Virus record (IMG/VR): IMGVR_UViG_3300039918_000009 | Span: 1-32,263 of that record | DNA: 32,263 nt | Reading direction: 5' to 3' (one strand) | Origin: a virus | Lineage: Duplodnaviria; Caudoviricetes | Position numbers and translations under genes: made by a program | Notes under the pieces: generated by a model | What the model was told of the DNA's origin: nothing | Databases searched by the model: none | The model's input: only the letters and a program-made list of their open reading frames with translations | Part shown: in pieces, positions 18,572-27,337 of the stretch | Numbering within the stretch: position 1 is the first letter of the stretch | Layout: every line of letters begins with the position of its first letter

Positions 18572-19198
18572 TCAGGTTTGGTACGGGGGGAACTGCCGGG
18601 GATAATTGGAACCAGCGCCGCGCGACTCAAGCCATGTGTCGTCGCCGATGACCTGCGACGGGCGCTCGATCGCGTTGGCGCGCACAGCGCGGCGGATGGC
18701 GAAGTCGTACATATTCGCCACGCGGTTGTACTTCGTCTCGCTCTGGGTCAGGGATTCGCACGATTCCAGCGCCAGGCGGCAGGCAAACGCCTCGATGAAC
18801 GAGACGTCGAAAAGGTTTGGGTCTTCCACCCGCTTTGTGTATCGGATCGGCAGCGAGGGGCCGAGGTTGGTCAGGATCTGACGCCCTTCGATGCTGAAGA
18901 GACCTCGGGTATCCATGCGCGGGTACACAAGGAAATCGCCTACCTGGATCAGGGACAGGAAATCTGTGGGCAGTTGGAAGGCATTGGCGAAACCGAAAGC
19001 TGGTTTAGCGGTCAGTGCCGGAAGCGTGGCGCGAGCCTTGGCGAAGTTCCATCGGTGCGCACGCAGCTCATCATCCCTCACAGAATCGAACATGGAAGCG
19101 ATATCTGTCGCGGCCTTGGTCGAGTCCGTGAGAGAGATGATCCGCGCCTCACCCAGCTTGGTGACGGCGCGGTTGGCGATGTAGACGTTGGACGTCAC
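18572..19198 (-). CDS. Tail tubular protein A (adaptor), 208 aa
   Basis: IANRAVTKLG...RDDELRAHRWNFA...FQLPTDFL motifs of podovirus adaptor proteins. Confidence 0.85.
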   Translation of the reverse strand: MTSNVYIANRAVTKLGEARIISLTDSTKAATDIASMFDSVRDDELRAHRWNFAKARATLPALTAKPAFGFANAFQLPTDFLSLIQVGDFLVYPRMDTRGLFSIEGRQILTNLGPSLPIRYTKRVEDPNLFDVSFIEAFACRLALESCESLTQSETKYNRVANMYDFAIRRAVRANAIERPSQVIGDDTWLESRGAGSNYPRQFPPYQT

Positions 19199-19210
19199 GG
19201 GATCAATCGG

Positions 19211-19507
19211 TTACGGCTTGTCGTCGCCGGCCGGCGCTTTGGACGAGCCTTTCGATGTCGATTTCGTCCCGTGGCGCCCAACGGACTCCCCCGGGCCAGT
19301 GCCTGCCTTGTCGTCGCCGGCCGGCTCGTCATCATCGTCCACGTCATGCTTGGCCATCCACGAGCCCGGCTTTCCGTGGTACTCGAAGATTTCTCCTGGC
19401 TCGACGATCTTTACCACGCGGCGCTCTCCAAGGACGTCGTCCCCGCGCTTGGCAGGAGTGGCATCCAGATGGATCTGGCCGCGGCGAAGTGCGCGATAGA
19501 GAGCCAT
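19211..19507 (-). CDS. Hypothetical virion-associated protein, 98 aa
   Basis: ORF fills the gap in the operon; low-complexity acidic C-terminus with a repeated PAGDDK. Confidence 0.6.
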   Translation of the reverse strand: MALYRALRRGQIHLDATPAKRGDDVLGERRVVKIVEPGEIFEYHGKPGSWMAKHDVDDDDEPAGDDKAGTGPGESVGRHGTKSTSKGSSKAPAGDDKP

Positions 19508-19512
19508 GACGA

Positions 19513-19965
19513 TCAGCCGAAGGTGAAGCCGGACTTGTACTGCTTCCGGCCTTGGGCGTCCTTCACGAGGAAGGCAGAGAATGTGCCGCCAGTCAGCGGG
19601 CCCGTGGCGACGGTGTATCGCACGCCGAGGTAGCGCTTGTAGTCGCCTGCCGGCAACTTCACCCGCGCCACTTCCTTGCCAGCGGTCAAGCCTGCAATAG
19701 CCAGGGCCGGGGTGGTGTAGTGCACGTTCGGCGACGAGCTGAGTCCAGCCACGCTATCGGATTCCAGCGAAAACGCCACGGTAGCTCCGCCGGCAGCCGT
19801 AGCTGCGGCATCACACTGAATCACCAGCCACACGTCCGGCTCGCCGTCGCCGAGATCGACAAGGGCGTTCTTGCCGGACGGGTTGGTGTCGATCACGTTC
19901 GTCGAGATCGCGGTGGCGGTGACCGCCTGCGCGTCCGAGAACTCTTCGCTCTTGTCGAGGATCAT
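19513..19965 (-). CDS. Capsid cement/decoration protein (BPP-1 Bbp16-like), 150 aa
   Basis: MILDK...FSDAQAVTATAISTNVID...RYLGVRYTV; directly after the major capsid gene; AGGAG RBS. Confidence 0.8.
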   Translation of the reverse strand: MILDKSEEFSDAQAVTATAISTNVIDTNPSGKNALVDLGDGEPDVWLVIQCDAAATAAGGATVAFSLESDSVAGLSSSPNVHYTTPALAIAGLTAGKEVARVKLPAGDYKRYLGVRYTVATGPLTGGTFSAFLVKDAQGRKQYKSGFTFG

Positions 19966-20047
19966 CTTGCTCTCCTAGTGGTTCGGCCGGGACGCTTCTG
20001 ACGCGCCACCGGCCGTTGCATCTGCTGCGTTCGCCCGTCGGGGCGGA

Positions 20048-21043
20048 TTACGAGACCAGGGCTTCCGTCGTCAGGATCTGGTCGACCTGGCGAATGGGGA
20101 TGTTCAGGAAGTTGGTCTGGAACTGTTCAGCTGCCTCGCGGATCGACAGTGCCGCATTCGACTTGTTCAGCGCCATCTTCTCCAGCGCCGACTGGATCGT
20201 GCGGTTGCAGTAGATGCGAGGCTGCACGCCGTTGAGCGTCGGGAAGCGGTTCTTCGCGTCGATCAGCAGCTCGATCAGCTTCTGGTTCGCCATCGTGCCG
20301 GTGCCGGCGAGTGCATCCGATACATCGATGTTGGCGATGCGGACCACATAGCGCCAGTCCTTCACCACTAGGCCGCAGTTCCATTCGTACAGGTCGCCAT
20401 ACGCACGGTAGCGGTTCTGGTTGGCGTCGAACGCGTCGATCTCGCCAAGATCCTGGTGCGTCAGTCCGGCCTTCGAGTTCTTCGGATAGATACCGTAGAC
20501 GGTGCGCTTGCCCCAGCCCACCAGCCAGATCGAGGTGTTGTCCGCACCCGAGCCGCCGCCGAGGATCACGTTCTGGCCCGAGCCGCCGCCCGTTGCCGAG
20601 TAGCGCGGCGCGAGGCCGTAGAACTGCTCGGGGTTCACCGAGGTGTCGCCGTAGAGCAGCGTCGTGCAGTAGTCCTGGCCCATCTTTTCGATGAAGGCGG
20701 CCGACTCGTCCAGGCGGAAGGCGGCCGGATCGTTGGCCATGTTCACGGCCTTCACGTCCGGCTCGCTGCGGGCATTCAGCATGCCGCAGGTGTCGGTGAC
20801 CTGAGCGGTGGTGCTCTTCGACGGCGGCACGCCCTGGTAAAGCTTGCGCCAGATGGTGGCCGGCAGGCCGGTGCGGATCGTCGACTGCTGGCCCGTGGGC
20901 AGGTTGCCCTCGATCCACGGAATGTCCTGGACGATCTCGTTGGTTTGCGACAGCATCTCGGCCACATCGGCGGTATCGCCGTTGGGATCGAGGCGCTTGG
21001 CAATGTCGATGATGCCAAGGTTATTGGCGCCGATGGTTGCCAT
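20048..21043 (-). CDS. Major capsid protein (BPP-1/epsilon15-like), 331 aa
   Basis: EMLSQTNEI...RTGLP...WRKLYQGV...GLVVKDWRYVVRIANID...IPIRQVDQILTTEA; AAGGAG RBS. Confidence 0.9.
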   Translation of the reverse strand: MATIGANNLGIIDIAKRLDPNGDTADVAEMLSQTNEIVQDIPWIEGNLPTGQQSTIRTGLPATIWRKLYQGVPPSKSTTAQVTDTCGMLNARSEPDVKAVNMANDPAAFRLDESAAFIEKMGQDYCTTLLYGDTSVNPEQFYGLAPRYSATGGGSGQNVILGGGSGADNTSIWLVGWGKRTVYGIYPKNSKAGLTHQDLGEIDAFDANQNRYRAYGDLYEWNCGLVVKDWRYVVRIANIDVSDALAGTGTMANQKLIELLIDAKNRFPTLNGVQPRIYCNRTIQSALEKMALNKSNAALSIREAAEQFQTNFLNIPIRQVDQILTTEALVS

Positions 21044-21054
21044 CGTTTTCTCCT

Positions 21055-21834
21055 TTAGCTCTTAGGCTGCATGCTTGGGAACATCCGGGCGGCGCGGGCC
21101 TTCTCCGGGTCAACCGGATCACTGCCGCTACCACCACCGCTACCACCCGGCCCGAGCGTTCCCTCACCCAAGCCCTTTCCGATCTGCTGGAAGACACGCA
21201 GTGTCGTCGCGTCCCCCATCTGCCCGGCAATCCTGTCGATCACTTCCGGTGCTACACCGAAATTCCGCATTACGCGGCGGCCGAGTTCAACATTCGTGTC
21301 GAACTCCGTGCCCCATTCTGTTTTTAGCGCCGACATTTCCTGCGCTACCTGTGCCTGTCGCGCGGTCTCTTGCGCGGCCATGGCGTTGTTCCATTCTTTG
21401 GCCAGCGCCTGGGCCTGCGCCACAGGGATGCCTGCCTTGTGCATCCAGCCGGCAGCTTCCTTCGCGAACGCGCCGTCTTGGCCTTGCGGCACCGGAAGCT
21501 GATATGCGTCAGCGTTTTCCGGTACCACGTACTTGCCCTCCATGTCGCGGATCGCTTTGACCGCATCGACCGGATCTTTCCAACCCTTGCTTTCCGCGTA
21601 TGCCTTGGCGTCAGCGTCGGGCAGAGATTGCAGCCAGTTAGTGGGACTGGGGTCCGTTTGTGCCGCAGCAGGCGCGGGAGCGGCGGCAGGCGTCGCAGCT
21701 GCTGGTGCTGGCGCAGCGGCCGGAGTTGCAGCGGCAGCCGGTGCAGGTGCCGGAGCGACCGCGGGAGCACCACCACCGGCAGCGGCGGGGTCTTGGTTCA
21801 TCAGGAAAAAACGGAAGAGTTGGCGCTTATTCAT
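21055..21834 (-). CDS. Capsid scaffolding / assembly protein, 259 aa
   Basis: Ala/Pro-rich N-terminus, PENADAY, LKTEWGTEFDTN motifs; immediately upstream of the capsid gene. Confidence 0.7.
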   Translation of the reverse strand: MNKRQLFRFFLMNQDPAAAGGGAPAVAPAPAPAAAATPAAAPAPAAATPAAAPAPAAAQTDPSPTNWLQSLPDADAKAYAESKGWKDPVDAVKAIRDMEGKYVVPENADAYQLPVPQGQDGAFAKEAAGWMHKAGIPVAQAQALAKEWNNAMAAQETARQAQVAQEMSALKTEWGTEFDTNVELGRRVMRNFGVAPEVIDRIAGQMGDATTLRVFQQIGKGLGEGTLGPGGSGGGSGSDPVDPEKARAARMFPSMQPKS

Positions 21835-22126
21835 CGCTGCGGTCCTTGATCTGAAGCAGTTGTTCTTCGGTGAGATTGAGGTAGTAGTGCAGGCGGTTGA
21901 AGACCTCGCGGCGGCCCTCGGCCAGCATCGTTGCGTGCGTGTCGACCACGCGCGAAACAGGGGAGACAACGACCGTGCTTTGGTGCGTGCGGCAGAAGCG
22001 CTGCAGGTCTTCGATAACCAGGCGCCCAGCTTTGGTGAGGTTGCCGTCACGGTCGAGGAAGCAGGCGCGGTATGCGTTGCGCCTGCCCGTCATGCGGTAG
22101 AAGAGTTCGGTGAATTTGTTGGTCAT
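21827..22126 (-). CDS. Conserved head-region protein (Bbp19-like), 99 aa
   Basis: YRACF...GRLVIEDLQRFC...AEGRREVFNRL; lies between portal and scaffold. Confidence 0.7.
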   Translation of the reverse strand: MTNKFTELFYRMTGRRNAYRACFLDRDGNLTKAGRLVIEDLQRFCRTHQSTVVVSPVSRVVDTHATMLAEGRREVFNRLHYYLNLTEEQLLQIKDRSDE

Positions 22127-22128
22127 GG

Positions 22129-23769
22129 TCAGAGGCGTGCGTTCTGCACTGTTGCGTTGGCGTCGGCGAGATCCTTGGCGGCGCCAGCGGCAACCGGCGC
22201 GGCCTCCAGCAACGCGGCGGCCTGTTGCTGCTGCGCCTGCTGCTGGGCGGCCTGCTCGACGTCGTCTTCGCTGTTGACATACTTGGCCGGCACACTGAAC
22301 ACGTCGGCCAGGCCACGCACGATGGCCTCGGCCTTGGGCACCGCGGCGGCTCGCGGGTCTGCCTGGATGAACGGGGCAGATGCCTCTGCCCAGCGCAGCA
22401 CTGCGGTGCCTTCTTGCGCGCGCATAGCGCGATTCAGCGGGCTGTCATAATCGATGGTGACCGACCCGCCAGCATCGATTAGCTCCTGAGGCATCTGCGG
22501 CAGCAGCCCAGCCTGGAACGCGATATCGAGTTCGCGCTCGATCGTCGGCCCCAACATTTCGGACTGCACGCGGCCCATCGGTGGCGCGAGCAGCACGCCT
22601 TTCTCCTGGGCGCGCTGGAGTACTTCGGTCGCCGTCATCTGCGGGTTGTCGACAAGGATCTGAAACAGCGTCACGTAGAAGGCGAGGTTGATCGATTCAC
22701 GCTTCTGATTCGTGTATTCGATGCCGAGATCCACGCGGCCGCCAGTCTGCAGCGCCTTGACCAGCTCGTTCCCTTTGTCGTCAAGACCGCCATAGTTCAG
22801 GCCGCCGGAACGCAGATCGAACCCTTCGAGAGCGCCGTCCTCTGGCAGCAGCAACGGCGGATCTACCGCCTTCTGCGCACCCTTGATGTTCGTGCGCTCC
22901 ATTTCGTTGACCATCGCGATGTCGGGCAGCGCATCGCCGGCCGGGCCAGAGCCATACTGACTGTCGTCGTCGACGTAGAAGCGCCCAATGCCAACCGGAA
23001 ACGTGCGGAAGCCGCCGCGCTGCACGATCTTCTTTCCCTGCAGCGAAATCCAGAGCGACTCGAACCGCATGTTCATGCCGTCGAGTTTTCGAGGGTCGCG
23101 GTCCTTGCGCGGCTGGACGACATGCAGGAAATCGACGCTCTTCTCGGGCTCGCGCTCCAGCAAGTTCTGCAGGCTTTGCGGCAGGTTGTCCCTGCCGAAA
23201 CGCTCGGCCGCCTGACGGATGGTCATCGGCCACAGCATGAACGCCTTGTCGATGCCGTCCTCGCCTTCAGAGTAGTAGAGGCGTTGCAGCGGGCAGTAGC
23301 GGTACCGAGCGCCACGACGATGCACTGCGTCCTCGATCATCACCGCGCCTGCGCCAAAGGATCCGATGGACAGGTATGCGCCACCAATGGCTTGCGTGAA
23401 ACCCGCGCGCCAGCGATAGCGCATCGTGAAAAGCGCCTTCGTCACTGCATCCAGGTATTGCTTGACGTTCTGGTTGTCTTCCAACGAATCGTCTTCGGTG
23501 GCCAGCCGGTGCCACACCTGGGTGCGCGGCGTGATCATCGAATCCATGGCGGCCGCAAAATGGCGCATGGCCAGCTGCGCCGTGGCGTCGTAGATCCGCT
23601 GGCTGCGCACGGTGCCTGGCTGGCCCTTGCCGCGATTGAAGCCGGGGTGACGCGGCAGGATGCGATCGATGATCTCGTTCCACTGCTGCTCGAACGCCGA
23701 CCGCTGCGTCTTCAGGTATTCCAGCTGGGTCAGCGCGGCATTGATGGCCCGAACGTCATCGTTGTCCAT
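22129..23769 (-). CDS. Portal (head-tail connector), 546 aa
   Basis: IYDATA, YGSGP, KAVDPPLL, MTATEVLQRAQEK motifs of T7/BPP-1-type portals. Confidence 0.92.
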   Translation of the reverse strand: MDNDDVRAINAALTQLEYLKTQRSAFEQQWNEIIDRILPRHPGFNRGKGQPGTVRSQRIYDATAQLAMRHFAAAMDSMITPRTQVWHRLATEDDSLEDNQNVKQYLDAVTKALFTMRYRWRAGFTQAIGGAYLSIGSFGAGAVMIEDAVHRRGARYRYCPLQRLYYSEGEDGIDKAFMLWPMTIRQAAERFGRDNLPQSLQNLLEREPEKSVDFLHVVQPRKDRDPRKLDGMNMRFESLWISLQGKKIVQRGGFRTFPVGIGRFYVDDDSQYGSGPAGDALPDIAMVNEMERTNIKGAQKAVDPPLLLPEDGALEGFDLRSGGLNYGGLDDKGNELVKALQTGGRVDLGIEYTNQKRESINLAFYVTLFQILVDNPQMTATEVLQRAQEKGVLLAPPMGRVQSEMLGPTIERELDIAFQAGLLPQMPQELIDAGGSVTIDYDSPLNRAMRAQEGTAVLRWAEASAPFIQADPRAAAVPKAEAIVRGLADVFSVPAKYVNSEDDVEQAAQQQAQQQQAAALLEAAPVAAGAAKDLADANATVQNARL

Positions 23770-23975
23770 CAGGCCCCCAGCAGCGTTTTGGTGGCGACCG
23801 AGCTTTGGCCAACCGTAGCGGTGTCGCCGGCCAGCACGGTTGCGGCAGTGCCGCGACGACGCCGCAGGCGGTCGTTCGCTTGGTCGACGGATGTTTGGGT
23901 GTCGGTAGTTGCGGGCGGCGCGGTAGGCGCCGGCGGGTCGGGAAGCTTCGGGGATGAACTACCAAACAAGGCCAT
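23769..23975 (-). CDS. Small conserved protein upstream of portal, 68 aa
   Basis: Pro-rich N-terminus, RRRRG...TVLAG...KTLLG, typical of podovirus pre-portal ORFs. Confidence 0.7.
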   Translation of the reverse strand: MALFGSSSPKLPDPPAPTAPPATTDTQTSVDQANDRLRRRRGTAATVLAGDTATVGQSSVATKTLLGA

Positions 23976-24020
23976 GATCGTCTCGCTGATCTGAATACCA
24001 GCGGACGATATGAGTGCAGG

Positions 24021-24037
24021 ATCGGACTGTTGTCCGT
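24021..24037 (-). promoter_or_regulatory. 17-bp motif, copy 2 (candidate late promoter/activator site) upstream of the portal operon
   Basis: ATCGGACTGTTGTCCGT, identical to 8097-8113; -10-like TATCGT 10 nt downstream on the minus strand. Confidence 0.65.
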
Positions 24038-24038
24038 T

Positions 24039-25460
24039 TCAGTCCGTAGTGGCGCGCGTCGGGCGTTTCCCTACTGACTTCTTCCGGCCCAGAACTTCGC
24101 GGTGCTCTCCCCCGCCGAGCAGCAAGTACTGCAGCGCCTCGGCCACGTGCGAGAACGCGTTCTTGTCCGGGGCATCGGCGAAGCGCTCGCCCGACACCTG
24201 CAGTCGGCGGTAGCAGTAGCCGCCGGCCATGGCCTTGCGAAGCACGCGGCAATCCGGATGCACCAGGATGCCAGGCTCGCCATCAATGAGCCGGCCAAGC
24301 GCGCTGTCCACAGCCTCCACGCGGATCAGAAAATCGTTTGTCGGCGCCGGCTTGGCCACGATGTCGGCCGCGCGCAGGATCTGGAACGGGGTGACTTCGT
24401 CGGTTTGGGCTCGAGTGTCGCCCGCGGGGTCGCCGGTCAACGCCCCGATCTCGAAACCAGGGTACTGGTGCGCAACGTGGTTCTTGATCTCGCGCGCGAA
24501 CGCCTTGGCGCCCATGCTGGTGGCGACCAGTTCGGACCGGATGCGCCACGCACCCATGAGCGTGCGCTGCCCGAAGGTCGCGGCCGGCGTCAGACCGAAG
24601 TCCATGCCGATCAACAGCGGCATGCGCGGGTTGAGTTCGAAAGCGCGGCAGTGCAGCACGTCGGAATAGCCGCTGTAGACCGGCCTGCCGTCCATGACGA
24701 AGCCGTACTCGTTGGCCAGGTTGACCTTGATCCAGTCGTGCTTCTTGCCCTGCATGCCGCGCTCGTAGTAGCCGCGTGGCAGGTTGCGCAGGTTCTCGGC
24801 GTCTGGGTTGGTCTTCCACCCTGGCCCGTCCTTGACCACGCCACCGGGCTGGCGCAGGAACCGCCACCCATCCGGCTTGTCTTCCTCGGCGAGCTTGTAG
24901 TACCAGTGGTCGGTGTCGGGTGCGTTGGTGTCGCCGAAGATGCCGTACCAGGTCGGACGCACGTCCTTGGGATAGCGGCCGACCCGCAGGTCGAGCATCG
25001 AGATGATGGCGAACGACAGTTCCTTGACCTCGTTCAGCCACGCGCCGGTGAGCTGCAGGCCGCGCAATTTGCGCTCGTGCTCGGGGCGGTCCAGCGCGAT
25101 GAAGACCATTTCGGCCTCGACCGTGGTGCCGTCGCCGAGATCGAACTGCAGGTAGTGCGTGGGCGGCTCCAGGCCGCCGCCGACGTACCGGCCGAGATCG
25201 CGGAACATGTCCAACCAGTCCTTGATCGTGGTAGACGACAGATCGGGGTACGTGTTCCGCACACCAGCCCATCGGGACCGGCGGATGCCCTGGGCGTCGG
25301 GCTCCTGCTCGCACATGTGGCGGAAGACTTTCCAGCAGCTGCCGTTGGTCTTGCCCGAGCCCAGCGGCCCCATGATGAACGTGCGCGGCTCGCGCGACAG
25401 GATGTACTGCTCGAGCGTGGCGCCCTGCGGCTTGTAGACGAACTCGACGTGCTGGCTCAC
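24039..25460 (-). CDS. terL: Terminase large subunit, 473 aa
   Basis: Walker A GPLGSGKT, VRNTYPDL, Walker B-like AWLNE, GDTNAPD, nuclease GMDFG, GDPAG, SHVAEALQY. Confidence 0.92.
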   Translation of the reverse strand: MSQHVEFVYKPQGATLEQYILSREPRTFIMGPLGSGKTNGSCWKVFRHMCEQEPDAQGIRRSRWAGVRNTYPDLSSTTIKDWLDMFRDLGRYVGGGLEPPTHYLQFDLGDGTTVEAEMVFIALDRPEHERKLRGLQLTGAWLNEVKELSFAIISMLDLRVGRYPKDVRPTWYGIFGDTNAPDTDHWYYKLAEEDKPDGWRFLRQPGGVVKDGPGWKTNPDAENLRNLPRGYYERGMQGKKHDWIKVNLANEYGFVMDGRPVYSGYSDVLHCRAFELNPRMPLLIGMDFGLTPAATFGQRTLMGAWRIRSELVATSMGAKAFAREIKNHVAHQYPGFEIGALTGDPAGDTRAQTDEVTPFQILRAADIVAKPAPTNDFLIRVEAVDSALGRLIDGEPGILVHPDCRVLRKAMAGGYCYRRLQVSGERFADAPDKNAFSHVAEALQYLLLGGGEHREVLGRKKSVGKRPTRATTD

Positions 25461-25924
25461 TGCTTATCCTCGTCCTTGCGGCCGGTCAGGTCGCGCACGA
25501 CCACCAGCGGGTTGCCGGACTGGCCGCCGTGGTTCAGATCCATCTTGTCGCCGTACTTCTTCGGGTGCCACTTGGCGAGCAACTTGATGCGCGCCTCGAC
25601 CTGCAGCCGGCGGTGTCCAAGCATGTCCTCGCGCACAACCTTGTATCCCTCGTCCGATCTCTCTCGCCTAGACCCCATCTGCGGTGTGTCGGCGATGCGC
25701 AGCGCCTGGTCGGCGATCGCGTCGGCACCGACGTCCCTCGCGATGTCCATGGCCTTGGCGAACTCGACGTTCTGCCGGATCCAGTCATAGACCGTGCGGC
25801 GTTTCGGCATGCCTGGCGTGCGGCAGACCTGGCTTAGCGTCTCGCCCTCCGCGATGCGTTCGCAGATGATGTCCGCAATTTCCCACGTAAAGGTGCTGGA
25901 CTCGTGCACTTCATTCCCCGTCAA
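25457..25924 (-). CDS. terS: Terminase small subunit (start TTG 25924 or GTG 25909)
   Basis: ICERIAEGETLSQVCRTPGMP..RTVYDW HTH; RRLQVEARIKLLAKWHPKKYGDK motif. Confidence 0.88.
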   Translation of the reverse strand: MTGNEVHESSTFTWEIADIICERIAEGETLSQVCRTPGMPKRRTVYDWIRQNVEFAKAMDIARDVGADAIADQALRIADTPQMGSRRERSDEGYKVVREDMLGHRRLQVEARIKLLAKWHPKKYGDKMDLNHGGQSGNPLVVVRDLTGRKDEDKQ

Positions 25925-26175
25925 TGGCTACCCGCCTGAATGCGAACGGGAGCGGCCCGTACTGGCGCTTGCTCCCGTGTCTTGCCGGTGCGCACCACCC
26001 ACAGTGTGAGCAGCATCTCGCCCCGCCAGTGGCTCGGCTGGCTGCCGGCCATGTATTTGCGCAAGGCGCGTTCTGTGACGCACCCGTTCAAGGCGCCCAC
26101 GATCTGGACGTGATCCATGCCCAGCCGTTTGAGGTCAAACACGATCTCGTCCCAGGCAAAGTCACGAAACTGCAT
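25921..26175 (-). CDS. Small HTH-like protein (84 aa), candidate late regulator
   Basis: MQFRDFAWDEIVFDLKRLGM...TERALRKY...QPSHWRGEMLL; HTH-like pattern; directly upstream of terS. Confidence 0.55.
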   Translation of the reverse strand: MQFRDFAWDEIVFDLKRLGMDHVQIVGALNGCVTERALRKYMAGSQPSHWRGEMLLTLWVVRTGKTREQAPVRAAPVRIQAGSH

Positions 26176-26177
26176 GG

Positions 26178-26270
26178 CTAACCCCTTTCCCGTTTTGGCT
26201 CGCGGCCACGCCCCGTCAGGATGGCTGCGAACATGTACCAGGCCAGCATCGGCCAGAAGACCGGGTTCAC
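26178..26270 (-). CDS. Putative 30-aa membrane peptide (not in the ORF track)
   Basis: GTG start overlapping the previous stop (GTGA) with GAGG RBS; MNPVFWPMLAWYMFAAILTGRGREPKRERG; fills the gap almost exactly. Confidence 0.5.
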   Translation of the reverse strand: MNPVFWPMLAWYMFAAILTGRGREPKRERG

Positions 26271-26542
26271 GTGCCACCTCGCGCGGCCAGCATGGCGTCG
26301 GCGATGCGGTACGCCATTGAGGCAATATCCGCTTCATCGCAGTTCACCAAGCCCCAGCCGGTACGGCCATTCGTCTGCACAGGGCCACCGGCATTTGCGA
26401 GCAGCCCCTGCACGGCCTTGCTTGCGAGGTAGTCGCGCAGCGTCATACCGTGCTCGCCATAGACAAACTCGCCATTCGGAAGCCCCGTCATGCCAGGCAT
26501 TGGGAAGGCCGGTCCGCCGTCGTTCTTGATCTCGTCAGTCAT
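26267..26542 (-). CDS. Conserved small phage protein (GGPAFP...GMTLRDY...AYRIADAMLAAR family), 91 aa
   Basis: Widespread phage motif of unknown function; ATG at 26542. Confidence 0.8.
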   Translation of the reverse strand: MTDEIKNDGGPAFPMPGMTGLPNGEFVYGEHGMTLRDYLASKAVQGLLANAGGPVQTNGRTGWGLVNCDEADIASMAYRIADAMLAARGGT

Positions 26543-26544
26543 GG

Positions 26545-26775
26545 TTATTCCGCGTGGTGGGCCTTGGCCCCAGCGTTGACCCACTGGTGCCGCGCCGGCG
26601 TGCGCTCGCCGTCCTGGTCGATGTAGCCCACCGGCTCGCTCGGGTCATCGCAGCCCAGCTGCGCCAGTTGCTCGGACCATCGTGTGTACGCCGAGAGCAG
26701 CCATGCGCCGGTCAGCATGCCCATCAGGAAGATGGCCAGCAGCACGACAACGTTCTGGTAGATGCTGAACAGCAT
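26545..26775 (-). CDS. Hypothetical single-TM protein, 76 aa
   Basis: N-terminal hydrophobic segment; GGAG RBS; tightly packed in the operon. Confidence 0.6.
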   Translation of the reverse strand: MLFSIYQNVVVLLAIFLMGMLTGAWLLSAYTRWSEQLAQLGCDDPSEPVGYIDQDGERTPARHQWVNAGAKAHHAE

Positions 26776-26776
26776 G

Positions 26777-26932
26777 TCAGTCTCCCAGCCGGTACGACGG
26801 CACCTTCGACGCCAGCGACATCATCGGCGGCTGGACCTTTCTCGCGCGCTCCTGGGCCATGCGCAGTGCGCGGTCGGCGCGGTATTCCTGGTACTTCGTG
26901 CTCGGGCACTTGGTGATCTTGGGCTTGGTCAT
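26777..26932 (-). CDS. Hypothetical basic protein, 51 aa
   Basis: MTKPKITKCPS...; GGGAG RBS; ends 1 nt before the next start. Confidence 0.55.
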   Translation of the reverse strand: MTKPKITKCPSTKYQEYRADRALRMAQERARKVQPPMMSLASKVPSYRLGD

Positions 26933-26954
26933 GGCTGGGCTCCCTGTGGAAATT

Positions 26955-26971
26955 GCCGGGACAAGCCCGGC
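26955..26971 (-). terminator. Weak hairpin after acb2
   Basis: GCCGGG-cttgt-CCCGGC followed by AATTT on the minus strand. Confidence 0.3.
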
Positions 26972-26978
26972 TCTGGGG

Positions 26979-27302
26979 TCAAACGGCTGGCTGTGCCACG
27001 GCGCGAACCAGCGCCATGATCCCGGTCTGGATGTCCGTCTTGCCGATGGCGGCCCAGCGCTGCGGCTCTGCCGCCTGGAAGCGCCGCAGCTCGACACATT
27101 CCGGCGATGCCTCGTCTTCCGGCGCGACCTTGGAAATCTTCGCGTGGTGTGCCTTCGTCTCGGCCTGCGTCGACAGGTAGCCGGCCAACTCGGATTGCAG
27201 CGCCAGCAATTCGGCGCCCTTCTCCTTGATACGGTTCATCAGGTTGATTTCGGCGGCGCTCAGTTCTCGATAGCCGGTGATCTTGCGGTGCTGGTTGTCC
27301 AT
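26979..27302 (-). CDS. acb2: Acb2 anti-CBASS cyclic-nucleotide sponge homologue, 107 aa
   Basis: MDNQHRKITGYRELS..EI..MNRIK and AEPQRWAAIGKTDIQTGIMALVRAVAQP closely match Pseudomonas phage Acb2 as recalled; Y11 and K26 conserved; GGGAG RBS. Confidence 0.88.
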   Translation of the reverse strand: MDNQHRKITGYRELSAAEINLMNRIKEKGAELLALQSELAGYLSTQAETKAHHAKISKVAPEDEASPECVELRRFQAAEPQRWAAIGKTDIQTGIMALVRAVAQPAV

Positions 27303-27337
27303 CGTTTCTCCCTTTCGGTGGCGGTGCAGTGGTTGCG

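Noticed and set aside
21660-21790. Ala/Pro repeats in the scaffold gene
   Set aside because: Ordinary low-complexity linker with degenerate codons.
25020-25050. Terminase Walker B reads WLNE rather than DE, suggesting inactivation
   Set aside because: An NE variant is, to my knowledge, usual in this terminase subfamily, and all other motifs are intact.
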